Shown piece by piece: positions 50,485-63,095 of a stretch of 64,000 bases of DNA. A program made the position numbers and the translations under genes. The stretch's first letter is position 1. The number at the start of each line of letters is the position of its first letter. The stretch comes from Octopus sinensis (lineage: Eukaryota): NCBI RefSeq assembly GCF_006345805.1, contig NC_043005.1:33914001-33978000 (forward strand), given 5' to 3'. The notes below the pieces were generated by a model. It made no database searches. It was not told the DNA's origin and worked only from the letters and a program-made list of their open reading frames with translations.

Positions 50485-50935
50485 CAGGGGTTGGACAAAA
50501 TAATGGAAACACCTTAAAATTTCAAACAAATTTATTTTAATATGGAATAGGGCAGCCTTTGGCAGTAATTACAGCTTGAATTCTACAAGGTATGGACTCA
50601 TACAAAGTATGAATTGTTTCCAAAGGAATTTTTGTCCATTCTTCAGCTAAAACAGTCTCCAGTTCTTGTAGTGATGATGGTGGAGGATATCGACTCCTTA
50701 CTTGTCTTTCTGAAATGCACCATAACTATTCAATAATATTGAGATCTGGGAACTGTGGTGGCCAGATAAGATGTTCAACTTCACTAGAATGTTCCTTGTG
50801 CCATTCAGTAACAATATTAGCTGTGTGAATTGGTGCATTACCATCTGAAAGATTGCGTTTCCCTCAGGGAAACAGTTCCGCAACCATAGGATGAATTTGA
50901 TCAGATAAAATACTTAAATAGTCTTGACTATTAAT
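50485..50935 (-). mobile_element. Tc1 element fragment (one TIR + transposase C-terminus)
   Basis: TA-caggggttggacaaaataatggaaacacc TIR; collinear with 59097-59780. Confidence 0.88.
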
Positions 50936-50944
50936 TCTGGCATA

Positions 50945-53290
50945 ATCAGCTGGTACTGCCATTGGCCACGTCAGCGATTTTGATTTGATTTCACTTGCCT
51001 CAATAGGTCTTTGCAAGCAAAGTTTATTGTCCAAGTACTGTCATCGGCCATGTCAGCGATTTTGATTTCACTTGCCTCAATAGGTTTTCGCAAGCAAAGT
51101 TTATTGTCTAATGAATGAGGGGTATTCATAAGTGGGCTGGTTACACCTGCTGGCATAGGCCACAGGCTATGGTCACACTTGCTTTGTCGGGTCTTCTCAA
51201 GCACAGCATATCTCCAAAGATCTCAGTCACTGGCCATTACCTCGGTAAGGCCCAATGTTCGAAGGTTGTGCTTCACCACCTCATCCCAGGTCTTGCTGGG
51301 TCTACATCTTCCACAGGTTCTCTCAACTGCTAGGGTGTGACACTTTTTCACACAGCTGTCCTCATCCATTCTTGCCATATGACCATACCAGCGCAGTCAT
51401 CTCTCATGCACACCACATCTGATGCTTCTTAAATCCAACTTTTCTCTCAGGGCGCTTACACTCTGTCTTGTATGCATACTGATATTACACATCCATCAGA
51501 GTATACTGGCTTCATTCCTTGCAAGCTTATGCATGTCCTCAGCAGTCACAGCCCATGTTTCACTGCCATATAGCATGGCTGTTTGTACATATGCATCATA
51601 CAATCTAGCTTTTACTCTGAGCGAGAGGCCCTTTGTCACCAGCAGAGGCAGTACCTCTCTGAACTTTGCCCAGGCTATTCTTATTCTAGCAGTTACACTT
51701 TCAGAGCATCTACCCCTGTTACTGACTTGGTCCCCAAAGTAATGGAAGCTATCAACATTGTCAGTGTTTATAGCACCTGAGCATTTGCCACATACAAAAA
51801 CCATCTTCCCAGTTAGCCTCCCTTTGATATTGCTGCACCTCTTATGTATCCATAGCTTACACTGGGTACATCTTATGGAGTTTCTACCTATGCCTTTTTT
51901 ACAGATCAAGCAGGGCCATCTACCTGAAGGGATTTGTGGTTTGTCTGCCTTCCTATTTATTAAGACTTTGGTTTTAGCTAGATTGACTCTAAGGCCCTTT
52001 GATTCTAGACCTTGCTTCCACACTTGAAACTTCTCTAGATCTGGTAGTGACTCAGTTATTAGAACAAGGTCATCAGCATAGAGGAGTTCCCAAGGGTAGC
52101 CTGTTTTGAATTCCCCTGTTATTGCCTGGAAGACTATGATGAATAAGAGGGATCTGAGGGCAGATCCTTGGTGGACCTCTATCTCTACACATAATTCTTC
52201 ATTGTACTCATTGCGAACCCTCACCTTACTGACAGCATTCCTGTACATGGTTTGCACAGCTCTCACTAACCATTCATCTATCCCTAGTTTCCTCATTGAC
52301 CACCAGATAAGGGATCAGGGCACCCTATCAAAGGCTTTCTCCATGTCAATGAAAGCCAGGTAGAGGGGCTTATCTTTGGCTAGGTATTTCTCCTGCAGCT
52401 GTCTTACCAGAAATACAGCATCAGTGGTGCTTTTCCCTGGCACGAACCCAAACTGCATCTCATCTAAATTGACTCTCTCCCTAATTAGTTGGGCTATGAC
52501 CTTCTCCATGACCTTCATTACCTGATCCAACAACTTGATACGTCTGTAATTATTTGTATCTAATGTGTCACCTTTACCTTTGTAGCAGTTGACTATGCTG
52601 CAGCTACACCAGTCATTGGATATGACTCCTTCATATATCACCTGGTTAACTATACGAGTGACTAGGCTATAGCCAACACCGCCAGATATTTTGAGCATCT
52701 CTGCGGTGATTCCTGATGAGCTGGGGGGCTCGCCCTGTCTTCATACCCTTAATTGTTTTATCTACCAAGGCACTGCCAATTAGGATAGCTGGTCCCTCTG
52801 TTAGGCCAGCATTCAGCAGACTCTCTTTCTCCCATTCATTCTCTTTATTTAGCAACCTTTCATAGTGGCATCTCCAAACCTCTCTCTTTGCAGCCTTGTT
52901 TAATGTAAGTGAACCATCATCCATGCGAACACATTTCTCTCCTACAACATCATGATTTTCTCACTGTCTTGCAACACGAAATACCTCAAGTCTTTGGTCC
53001 TCCCAGCACAGAACACTGGCAAATTTTTTCTTATCTGCTTCCCCTCAGGCTAAATAAACCTGTCTCCTAGCTTCCCTTCTAGAATTCTGATACAATTCCC
53101 TGCTACCACTGTTCTTCCAGTCCTCCCCAGCCCGTTTCTTTCCCCTAATGACCCTGTCAACAACATTGTTCCATCACCATGTTATCTTGGGTTGAGAGGA
53201 AACTTTGCACCATCCACAGATCTGGTCAGTGGCCCTCAGCAGGTTGTCCGGTAGAAACCTCCACCTGAGTGTGAATACAATCTGATTCCT
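50945..53290 (-). mobile_element. 5'-truncated RTE-clade LINE (RT + PHD-like finger), same family as 13990-15467
   Basis: MQFGFVPGKSTTDAVF, FIDMEKAFDRVP, VHQGSAL, ELLYADDLVL, MLYGSETW. Confidence 0.93.
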
Positions 53291-53294
53291 CCAA

Positions 53295-56200
53295 AAATGT
53301 TCAAAAACGAAATAGCTTTGCAATGTCTGCTTTCCGGTATATGTGACGAGACTGCCCATTCTAAATTGCTTTTGGAAGAAGAATTAAAGCTTACTTGGGA
53401 AGGAGCCTGTGCTATAGTTCATCAAAGCAAAAACATTTCACATCAGCTAACTAAATTTTCTATACTAATGGAGGGCAGATGGTGTACAATCTATTACATC
53501 TACAAAAACTCGGCCATCAAATCTTACAGAAAAACAGTTTACTTGTTATTATTGTGGATTTAAACATTATTTTCCATCTGAGTGCCAGCATCAACAAACC
53601 GTTTGTCATTTACGTGGTAAAACGGGATATCTTGCCAGAGTTTGTCATACAAAGTACAATGAACACAGAGTTTTATCTTCATAAAAACATTTGGTGCTAA
53701 CGATAAAAACAAATCTGGAAAACCAAGGTCAAGATTTCGCTTTAAATTCCCTTTTAAACACTACTGTTAACACTACAGTCTAACCACCTTCATATGTTGT
53801 CGATGTGATAACTTAAGGTCAGTTAGTATGCATGGAAATTGACGTGGGCACTTTAGTCTCTATTGTTACCACTCGTTCTGTCAGCTGCTTACCACCACTT
53901 TCTACAAACTATTCAATTTTAAAAACATATATCGGGCAAGAAATCCCAATAATTGTAGTTTGCAATGTAAATGTGCAACATGGTGATGTATATGTGACCA
54001 CTGGAAATCATCCAAACCTGTAAAGCTTGAACACTTCCATACGCTTTGCAGCCAAAAGTGGAAGCCAAATTACAACATTTACACTCAGAAGGTGTTTATT
54101 GTTCCAGTTCAATACTTTGATTGGGCAGCTCCCATTGTACCGGTGATGAAACTGGATGGCTCAGTGTGCATTTGCGGAGATTATAAACTTACAGTCAATC
54201 AGTCAGCTGTTTTAGACAAGTACCTGTTACCTAAAACAGAAGATTTGTATGCGACTCCAGTGGGAGGCCAAAGTTCACAGAAATTGATATCAGTTATGCA
54301 TATTCCCAGATTGAACTTGATGACAATTCTCGTGCTTGCACTACGATTGCTACCCATACTGGGTTGTTTCAATTCACTAGATTACCATTTGGAATTAATT
54401 CAGACCCAGGAATTCTTCAACGCATTATCAACAACATTGTTTAAGATGTACCCTGGGCTAGTGCATACCTAGATGATTTACTAATCACCAGGCATTCCAG
54501 TAATGAACATCTTCATACATTATCCATCATACTCAATCATCTTCACAAAAGCAGATTAAAACAGAAGAACAAATGTGAGTTTTTTTGTGATTCTGTTTAT
54601 TATCTTGGTCAACGCCTAAATAAAGATGGTTTGCAAATTAGGAGTCATAAAGTACAGCCTATTTTAAATGCACCAGAACCTAAAAACAATAGTCAGTTAA
54701 GATCATCTGTAGGAATGTTATGACATTATCATCATTTTTTACCAAATATTTCAACAATGCTGACACCCTTATATGCCTTATTGCATAAAGATTCCCTTTG
54801 TGGGTGGAATGTTTGAACATCAGAAAGCATTTGCTACAGCTAAGAAGTTACTTACTAGTTCATCTGTACACCTGCATTATGACCTGCATAAATGCTTGAT
54901 GTTACAAAGTGATGCATCTCCATCAGGGCTAGGTGCAACCCTTTGTCATTGAATGAATGATACAGTACTGTTCATCCTATAGCTTTTGTCTCATGTACTC
55001 TGTTATATTTCTTTACTACCCACAAGGGGCTAAACACAGAGGGGACAAACAAGGACAGACAAACAGATTAAGTCAATTACATCGACTCCAGTACGTAACT
55101 GGTACTTAATTTATCGACCCCGATAGGACGAAAGGCAAAGTCGACCTCGGCAGAATTTGAACTCGGAACATAACGACAGACAAGATATGGCTACGCATTT
55201 CACCCGGCGTGCTAACGTTTCTGCCAGCTCGCCGTCTGTACTCTGTTACCAGCTGAAAAGAACTATTCTCAGTTGGACAAAGAAGCAATTGAAGTTTTAT
55301 TTAGTGTCAAGCAATTCCATCAATATGTTTGGAGTCATCATTTTGAAATTTATACTGATCATAAAACCTTTGATTGCACTACTTGGAGAAGAGCAGGGTA
55401 TTCAGCTAATGTGTACACCTAGAATGTAGAGATGGGCTTTGATGTTAAGCGCTTATAGTTATAGTGTGCATTACGTTCCTGCACCTAAGAATGTTACTGC
55501 TGATGTATTGAGTCGTTTACCCTTGACTTCTTTGTTACATGAAATTGAACAACCAGCGGAACTGGTATACATAATGCAACATTTTAGTGGCATAGCTATC
55601 CAAGGACAGGATATACTTTGACTAACAAAGGTCAAATACTGTCCAGTGTCAAACATTATCTTTTAAGAGGGTGGCTGTCCAAAACAAGTTTAGAATTAAT
55701 ACTGTTTTTACAGCGTAAAGATGAACTTAGTTTGCACAAGGGTGGCATATTTTGGAGTCATCGTATAATTGTACTCTTTAAATAAAGACAAAAATTGCTT
55801 AATGAGTTGCATGATGCTCATCCAGGCACAAATCGAATGAAAGCATTATCTCGAAGTTACTGTGAGTCACCCAGTCTAGATGCTGATATTGAGCAGATGT
55901 GCAGAAGATGCGACATTTGTCAACAAAACACACCAGGACCTGTACATCCCTGGAAGTGGCTAGAAAAACCAAAGCATTGATTATTTTGGTCCTCTTAAAT
56001 GGTATGATGTGCTTATTGATTATTGATGCACATTCGAAATGGATAGATGTACATCCAGTGGTACATGCTACAGCAGAATCTACAGTAGCCTGACTACACT
56101 CACCATTTTCTACATTCGGAATTCCAGAAACAATTTGTTCAGATAATGGCACTCCTTTCACAAGTGAGGTTATCCAAACATTTTCGAGAGAGAATGGGAT

Positions 56201-56830
56201 ACGTCACATAAGAACAGCATCATATAATCCATCTTTAAACGGCCTAGCAGAACGAGCTGTTCAGACGGTAAAGAATGGATTGAAACAGCAAAGTACCAGA
56301 AACCTCCAGACTAAACTGCATCATTTACTTTTTGCCTATCGCACAACCCCAACTGAATCTACAGGCAAGTCTCCAGCTGAGTTATTGTTTGGTCACAATC
56401 TGCAAACAAGATTCAGCCTCTTTTATTCTTGTCATCGCACAAAAATATTGAAGAAAAACTAACCTGAATGAATGCAAAGAACAAGGAAGGACCACACTTG
56501 AAAGCATCTGATGCTGTCTATACTCGACTTCCCCATGGCAACCAGCAACAGTAGTTGACATTTTTGGAAGTTCAATGAATTTGCTCTTACCAAGTGGTCA
56601 AGTTGTGTGCAGACATTCGGATCACATTTGATCTTGAGTAACGAATACAACAAATGATCAAATGGAAGTAAACGAGGAAGCTGGGTCAACCTCAACGGGT
56701 GAAAGCGACAGTTTGGATGAAAGAGAAACAACAAACAACCCTACACTGCAACAATCAGAGTGTATATCAAAACATGTTGACCACTATCAGGGTCAGACAT
56801 ATAATACTGACTAGGAGAGAAAGGGATGTT
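53295..56830 (+). mobile_element. Decayed Gypsy LTR retrotransposon internal region (gag knuckle, PR, RT, RH, IN)
   Basis: MEIDVG (PR), WAAPIVPV..DGSVCICGDY, RLPFG, YLDDLL, NYSQLDKE, ADVLSRLP, LHDAHPG..MKAL, SDNG, YNPSLNGLAER, YRTTP. Confidence 0.93.
55006..55236 (-). mobile_element. tRNA-derived SINE family B inserted in the Gypsy RNase H region
   Basis: 12-bp TSD tgtactctgtta (54994-55005, 55237-55248); removing it restores AFVSCTLLPAEKNYSQLDKE. Confidence 0.92.
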
Positions 56831-57064
56831 ACAACTTGGACTTACAACTACGTGTTATTTGTCATTCAGTCTATCGCGCGTGTGTGTATGATGGTTAATT
56901 CTTTTCCTATCTATAAAACCTGCAGTAACTTGTTTTGCAACGATATATGTTTTTTTAGCCAGTCTTATCTACAGTGTGTGTTCAGTGTTCTGTTTTCATT
57001 AGGCTATGGCCTGAATTAGATATTACTGGAATAGGACTGGTAGTTATTAGGCTTTATAGAGACA
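56827..57064 (+). mobile_element. Putative 3' LTR of the Gypsy element
   Basis: Polypurine tract ggagagaaaggga (56814-56826) immediately followed by TGT; the right end (..ACA) is a guess. Confidence 0.55.
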
Positions 57065-57401
57065 ATGACTGAAACCTTTGGCTCAAGTGTTGGGCTTCAC
57101 GGAGGCAATGATCAAGACTTTTGGCATAATGTCGTGCTTGAGAAGACCCATCAAACTGAGCAAAATCACAGTCGTGGCAGATACTGGTGTCACACAAATG
57201 GCACCTGTGCCAGTGGCATGTAAAAGAACCCATTACAATCTTGGAGTGGTTGGCATTAGGAAGGGCATCCAGATGTAGAAACCTTGCCAAATCAGACTGG
57301 AGTCTGGTACAGCCTTTCAGCCCCAGTCAAACTGCTCAACCCATGCCAGCATGGACAATGGATGTTAAAGGATGATGATGATGATATATATATATATAGA
57401 T

Positions 57402-57434
<33 letters not shown>

Positions 57435-57725
57435 AAATAGTGCATAAGATTTTATACATGGAGAGGAATCCACCATGCGGATTTCTTACATGCTAGAAAG
57501 GGCAGTCAAGACCCATACCACAAAAAGATTCTTCTTTAAAATCTTATACACTATTATATAAAAATATTTATGTCTTCTGACTATTAATTACACATGCTGA
57601 CCACTGGGAAAAAAAATATTTTTTAATAATTTTTGCATATACATATGCCAGCAGGGACAACGGATGTTAAATGATGATGATAAACATATGTACACACACA
57701 CACATTGGTATCTTTTGTATGTGTG

Positions 57726-57776
<51 letters not shown>

Positions 57777-58171
57777 TACATACAAAAATGCCAACTTACC
57801 ATTAGCGATTGAAAACCACAAATGAGTTAAAGATGTACTCATATCATATGATTTTGAACCTTGTGAAGAAACACTTAGTCTTTATCAATGAGTATTACTT
57901 TCTCAGGGCTAAACATTATGCATCTCACCATATGTATATTGACCAGTAGAATTCAGTGGAACTTTTCAAAATGATCAAAGTTAATGAAATAAAATATAAT
58001 GATATATATATATAACTGAAAACCACTTTTATCACTTATACATGCTGGTGAATGCGAAGGTCAAGTGCTTCTTTTCGCTGTCTCCACACGTATACCTGGC
58101 CGGTGATTGAAATAAGGTTAAGGATGACTCGTCTGAGAAAATAACATTTTTCCACTGCTCTAGGGACCATA

Positions 58172-58566
58172 GGCGCAGGAGTGGATGTGTGGTAAGTAGC
58201 CTGTCTACCAACCACATGGTTCCGGGTTCAGTCCCACTGCGTGGCACCTTGGGCAAGTGTCTTCTACTATAGCCTTGGGCCGATCAAAGCCTTGTGAGTG
58301 GATTTGGTAGACGGAAACTGAAAGAAGCCCGTCGTATATATGTATGCGTGTGTGTGTTTGTGTGTCTGTGTTTGTCCCTCTAGCATTGCTTGACAACCGA
58401 TGCTGGTGTGTTTATGTCCCCGTAACTTAGCGGTTCGGCAAAAGAGACCGATAGAATAAGTACTGGGCTCACAAAAGAATAAGTTCAGGGTCGAGTTGCT
58501 CGATTAAAGGCGGTGCTCCAGCATGGCCGCAGTCAAATGACTGAAACAAGTAAAAGAGAGTAAAGA

Positions 58567-58570
<4 letters not shown>
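58172..58570 (+). mobile_element. tRNA-derived SINE family A, full length
   Basis: A/B-box-like head ggcgcaggagtgg..ggttccgggttcagtccc, ccttgggcaagtgtctt core, internal (TG)n, gagtaaagag tail. Confidence 0.9.
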
Positions 58571-58602
<32 letters not shown>

Positions 58603-58760
58603 GATATTATTATTAAATAAAATGGTGTTAGGAAGGGCATCCAGCCGTAGAAACATTGCCAGATCAGACTGGGCCTGGTGCAGCCTTCTGGCTTCCCAGA
58701 CCCCAGTTGAACCGTCCAACCCATGCTACCATGGAAAGCAGACGCTAAATGATGATGATG

Positions 58761-59079
58761 AATGAAGGCTACAAAGAAAGTACCACCATTGCTAGAAATA
58801 GGAATTGAAATAACTGAAAACCACTTTTATCACTTATACATGCTGGTGAATGCAAACGGGCAAAGTAAAAAATGCCAACTTACCATTAGCAACTGAAAAT
58901 CTGAAAATATGATACAAGTACATCTTTAACTCATTTGCGATTTGCAGTTGCTAATGGCAAGTTGGCATTTTTTACTTTGCTCGTTTGCATTCACCAGCAT
59001 GTATAAGTAATAAAAGTGGTTTTCAGTTATTTCAGTTCCTATTTCTAGCAATGCTGGTACTTTCTTTGTAGCCTTCATT
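58761..59079. repeat. Fold-back inverted repeat, 135-bp arms (58761-58895/58945-59079), 49-bp spacer
   Basis: Arms are reverse complements with ~5 mismatches. Confidence 0.85.
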
Positions 59080-59096
59080 ATAATTATAAATATATA

Positions 59097-60590
59097 CAGG
59101 AGTTGGACAAAATAATGGAAACACCTTAAAATTTCAAACAAATTTATTTTAATATGGAATAGGGCAGCCTTTGGCAGTAATTACAGCTTGAATTCTACAA
59201 GGTATAGATTCGTACAAACTCTGAATTGTTTCCAAAGGAATTTTTGTCCATTCTTCAGCTAAAATAGTCTCCAGTTCTTGTAGTGATGATGGTGGAGGAT
59301 ATTGACTCCTTACTTCTTTTCCCAAAATGCACCATAAATGTTCAATAATATTGAGATCTGGGGACTGTGGTGGCCAAATAAGATGTTCAACTTCACTAGA
59401 ATGTTCCTTGTGCCATTCAGTAACAACTTAACCCTTTTGTTACCAACCCGACTGAAACCGGCTCTGTCTCTGTTGTACAAATGTCTTGTTTCCATAAGTT
59501 TTAAATTAAAATCTTCCACCAAACCTTAGTCACAATTTATGTTCTTAATACAAGCTGAATGGTAACTAAGTTATTTTACTAAATTCTTTGTTATATTTAA
59601 AGTAATTGAAAGAAACATAGAACATCTCAAAATAAATACAGTAACGAAAGGGTTAAGCTGTGTGAATTGGTGCATTATCATCCTGAAAGATTGCGTTTCC
59701 CTCCAGAAACAGTTCTGTAACCATAGGATGAATTTGATCAGATAAAATGCTTAAATAGTCTTAACTATTAATTCTGCCATGAAGGAAAACCATTAGGCCA
59801 GCGGATTTCCAAGATATAGCTCCCTCCAGATCATCACAGATCCTCCTCTATGTTTCACAGTTGGAAGAAGGCAGTCTGAGTCAAGTGCTTCTTTTCGCTG
59901 TCTCCACACGTATACTTGGCCGGTGGTTGAAATAAGGTAAAGGATGACTCGTCTGAGAAAATAACATTCTTCCACTGCTCTAGGGACCAATTCTGTAGGT
60001 TTTTACTCCACTCTAAATGCTTTGCAACGTTTGTTTTTGGAAGTAGTGGTCTTCTGACTGCAGCCCTGCCATGAAATCCGGCTTTGTGTGGCTCCCAGCA
60101 AACAGTTTTTGTGGAAACTGGGCTCTCGAGCTGGTCATTAAGCTCTGCAGTAATTTTGGGAGCTGTACTTTTGTGATCCTTTCTAACAATTTGCATAAGA
60201 GTCCAACGGTCCCTATCTGGAAGTTTTGGTTTTCTTCTGTAGTTTTGTTTCAACAAGGAGATTTTTCCTCTTTCTCAAAGGCTGTTATTACTTTTGAGAC
60301 TACTTCTTGATACACAAAACATTTCAGCTGTTTTCATTACACTAGTGCCTGCCATACAAGCACCAACAATTTGATCTCTCAGAAAGTTCGATAGATCTGT
60401 CATTTTAATGAATTTTAATTACCTTTTTCTGATATCTGAAAAGAAACAGCAATTTTAGCAAAACATATTAATCAGCACTAATAATAAATAAAAAAAAACC
60501 ATAAAAATAAACAAGCATTTTGATGGTTTTATAGATATTTCAAAATTATGATGCTATGACGCTAGGTGTTTCCATTATTTTGTCCAACCC

Positions 60591-60593
<3 letters not shown>
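59097..60593 (-). mobile_element. Full-length but defective Tc1 transposon
   Basis: Both TIRs (cagg(a/g)gttggacaaaataatggaaacacc) with TA flanks; VIFSDES, KHRGGSVMIW, FQDDNAPIH, WPPQSPDLNIIE. Confidence 0.93.
59432..59652. mobile_element. piggyBac-type MITE nested in the Tc1 transposase
   Basis: TTAA TSD (59428-31, 59653-56), TIRs cccttttgttac/gtaacgaaaggg; absent from the paralogous copy at ~50810. Confidence 0.9.
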
Positions 60594-60655
<62 letters not shown>

Positions 60656-61299
60656 AATACATATATACAGCAATAAGAAAATGGAGGGGATCGAGGTGCT
60701 ATTCATCAACTTTTAGACATTATATTATGACTATTTATTTATTTTTTAAAAAGACAATTATAACAATATACATACATGTATATGAATTCATCTACATTTT
60801 GTTTTTGTTTTATTTATATACATTTTTATATATATATATATATATTATATATATATATATATATATATGCCTAATTTGTTTTTTGTAATCGGTTATCCAT
60901 TAACCAACCATAACAAAGTCATGGCATTTTAAAACAATAGATGACCAATTAGATTACGGGACTGACCAAAAGCCCTTTCCCACTTCCTGCAAGATTTCAG
61001 CTACTCAATAAAGAAAAAGTAACGGAAAATAATAAAGTATATTGATTAATACCTGGAAATACATGACTTGTAGTACCAACTAATATCACAGGTATTAATA
61101 TAAACTCTAACCCACTTATTGTGGACTATTGTCTAAAGCCCTCAATAGAAAACATATCACATGTTTATATAAATATATGTATGTTTGTGTATAATTATTA
61201 TAATTATATAAAAAGAATAATATGAACTGCTCCAATAATACTCCCTTCTCAACACATGTAATACGTATATATCTATGGGTTTGTTTGTATGTATATATA

Positions 61300-61770
61300 T
61301 CATCATCATCATCATCGTTTAGCATCCGCTTTCCATGCTAGCATGGGTTGGACGGTTCAACTGGGGACTGGGAAGCCAGAAAGCTGCACCAGGCCCAGTC
61401 TGATCGGGCAATGTTTCTACGGCTGGATGCCCTTCCTAACGCCAACCACTCCATGAGTGTAGTGGGTGCTTTTTATGTGCCACCGGCACAGGTGCCAGAC
61501 GAGTCTGGCAAATGGCCACGATCGGATGGTGCTTTTTATGTGCCACCGGCACGGGGGCCAGGTGAGGCTGGCAATGGCCACAAACGGATGGTGCTTTTTA
61601 CGTGCCACCGGCACGAGGCCAGTCGGGGCGACGCTGGCAACGGCCACGTTCGGATGGTTCTCTTACGTGCCACCGGCACTGGTATCTCAGCTGCAATTTC
61701 CATTGATCGATTTCGATTCTGATTCTCACTTGCCTCAACAGGTCTTCACAAGTAGAGTTTTGTGTTCCAA
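61300..61770 (-). mobile_element. RTE 3'UTR fragment with four hairpin units
   Basis: Inverted (GAT)n tail; gtgccaccggcac at 61477, 61540, 61602, 61667. Confidence 0.88.
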
Positions 61771-62170
61771 GAAGGGAAGGTATGCATATATAAATTATTT
61801 TATGTATTGGCTTAAGTCTTTCTTTGTTTGATTTGCATAATAGTGGTCTTGTCTCTAATTTAATATAATATATATATATATACCTTTTCATTCCTACATA
61901 ACTACAATAATCTTAAGATATATTGATTTTGTAAATTGCACTATTATTTCTCTTTTAATAACTTTCTCCTACCTCTGTTTATACTTTATCTAATAAGAAT
62001 AATATAATACACCTAATAATAATAATAATAATTGATTCCTTTGTATGCATATACATATGCATATATATTTAAATATATGTATATGTGTTTATGTATATTT
62101 ATGTATATGTAAAAGTATATATATATGTATGTATTTGTATTTATAACTTAACCTTATGAACTTTCTAAAC

Positions 62171-62288
62171 TCTCTGACGAAGCCCAGAGACACACCCAAA
62201 TACTTTATTATCTACCAAATACTTCAGTTCACTGGAGGATAAAAGTAGAAGAGGGTACTATGGCCTCTTGGCTGAAACAGCTATTAGA
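62171..62288 (+). ncRNA. Degenerate hammerhead motif with long stem II insert
   Basis: TCT-CTGACGA-AGCC...GGCT-GAAA-CAGCTA-TT-AGA; stem III palindrome ACAGCTGT has a G>A change. Confidence 0.55.
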
Positions 62289-62666
62289 TATTATCCTACT
62301 TTCTATGCTCTACATTATATATTTCAATAATTACCGGTATTTTATATTTCATATATGTAAAGCATAATATGTTATACATGTAAGTATATTGTTATAATTG
62401 TTTTTTTTTTTAAATAAATAAATAGAGATAATATAATGTCTAACAGTTGATGAATACCACCTCTTGATCTTATCCATTTTCTTATTGCTGTATAAATTAA
62501 GGGTAAAATAACTTTTTACCCTCACTCATTTATTACACTTGGTAATGTAATTGCCATGCAATGGAAAAACACTTGTGTATTAATAATTGGGTATTCTACC
62601 AGCAGTATATTGGATAGATATTATCCCTTAGTTGGTTGGATTTACAACCTCTAACTCACTTGGAAT

Positions 62667-62716
<50 letters not shown>

Positions 62717-62736
62717 AGTGAGGGTACGTACGCCGC

Positions 62737-62777
<41 letters not shown>

Positions 62778-63095
62778 TGGGACAAGAATGGAAAACATTT
62801 AGGAGACAATACAAAAAACATGGACAGGACATTCGAAGCCTTCAATCTTCAGTCAAGAACCGGATCATCCTCGCAATTTCAGCTGATTAATCTTGACATA
62901 TATATATACATATAAATTTGTATATATATATATAAATCTAAAACTCTCATTTAAAATATCATTTCTTATATTGTGAGAGAGGTGTGAGAGATAGTGTGAG
63001 AGAGGTGTGAACAGTCTGAATAAATTATTCTCTTGAAAAGAAGACATTTTACACAAATTTTCCTGGAGAGGAACAACAAAGTCAAGAAATCTTAC

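Noticed and set aside
60955-61010. gggaCTGACCAaaagcc hammerhead-like start
   Set aside because: The core is mutated and no downstream stem II/GAAA/stem III is found.
62815-62860. - strand CTGAAGA...GAAT...GTC hammerhead-like motif
   Set aside because: GAAT instead of GAAA, stem III not palindromic, and stem I does not pair.
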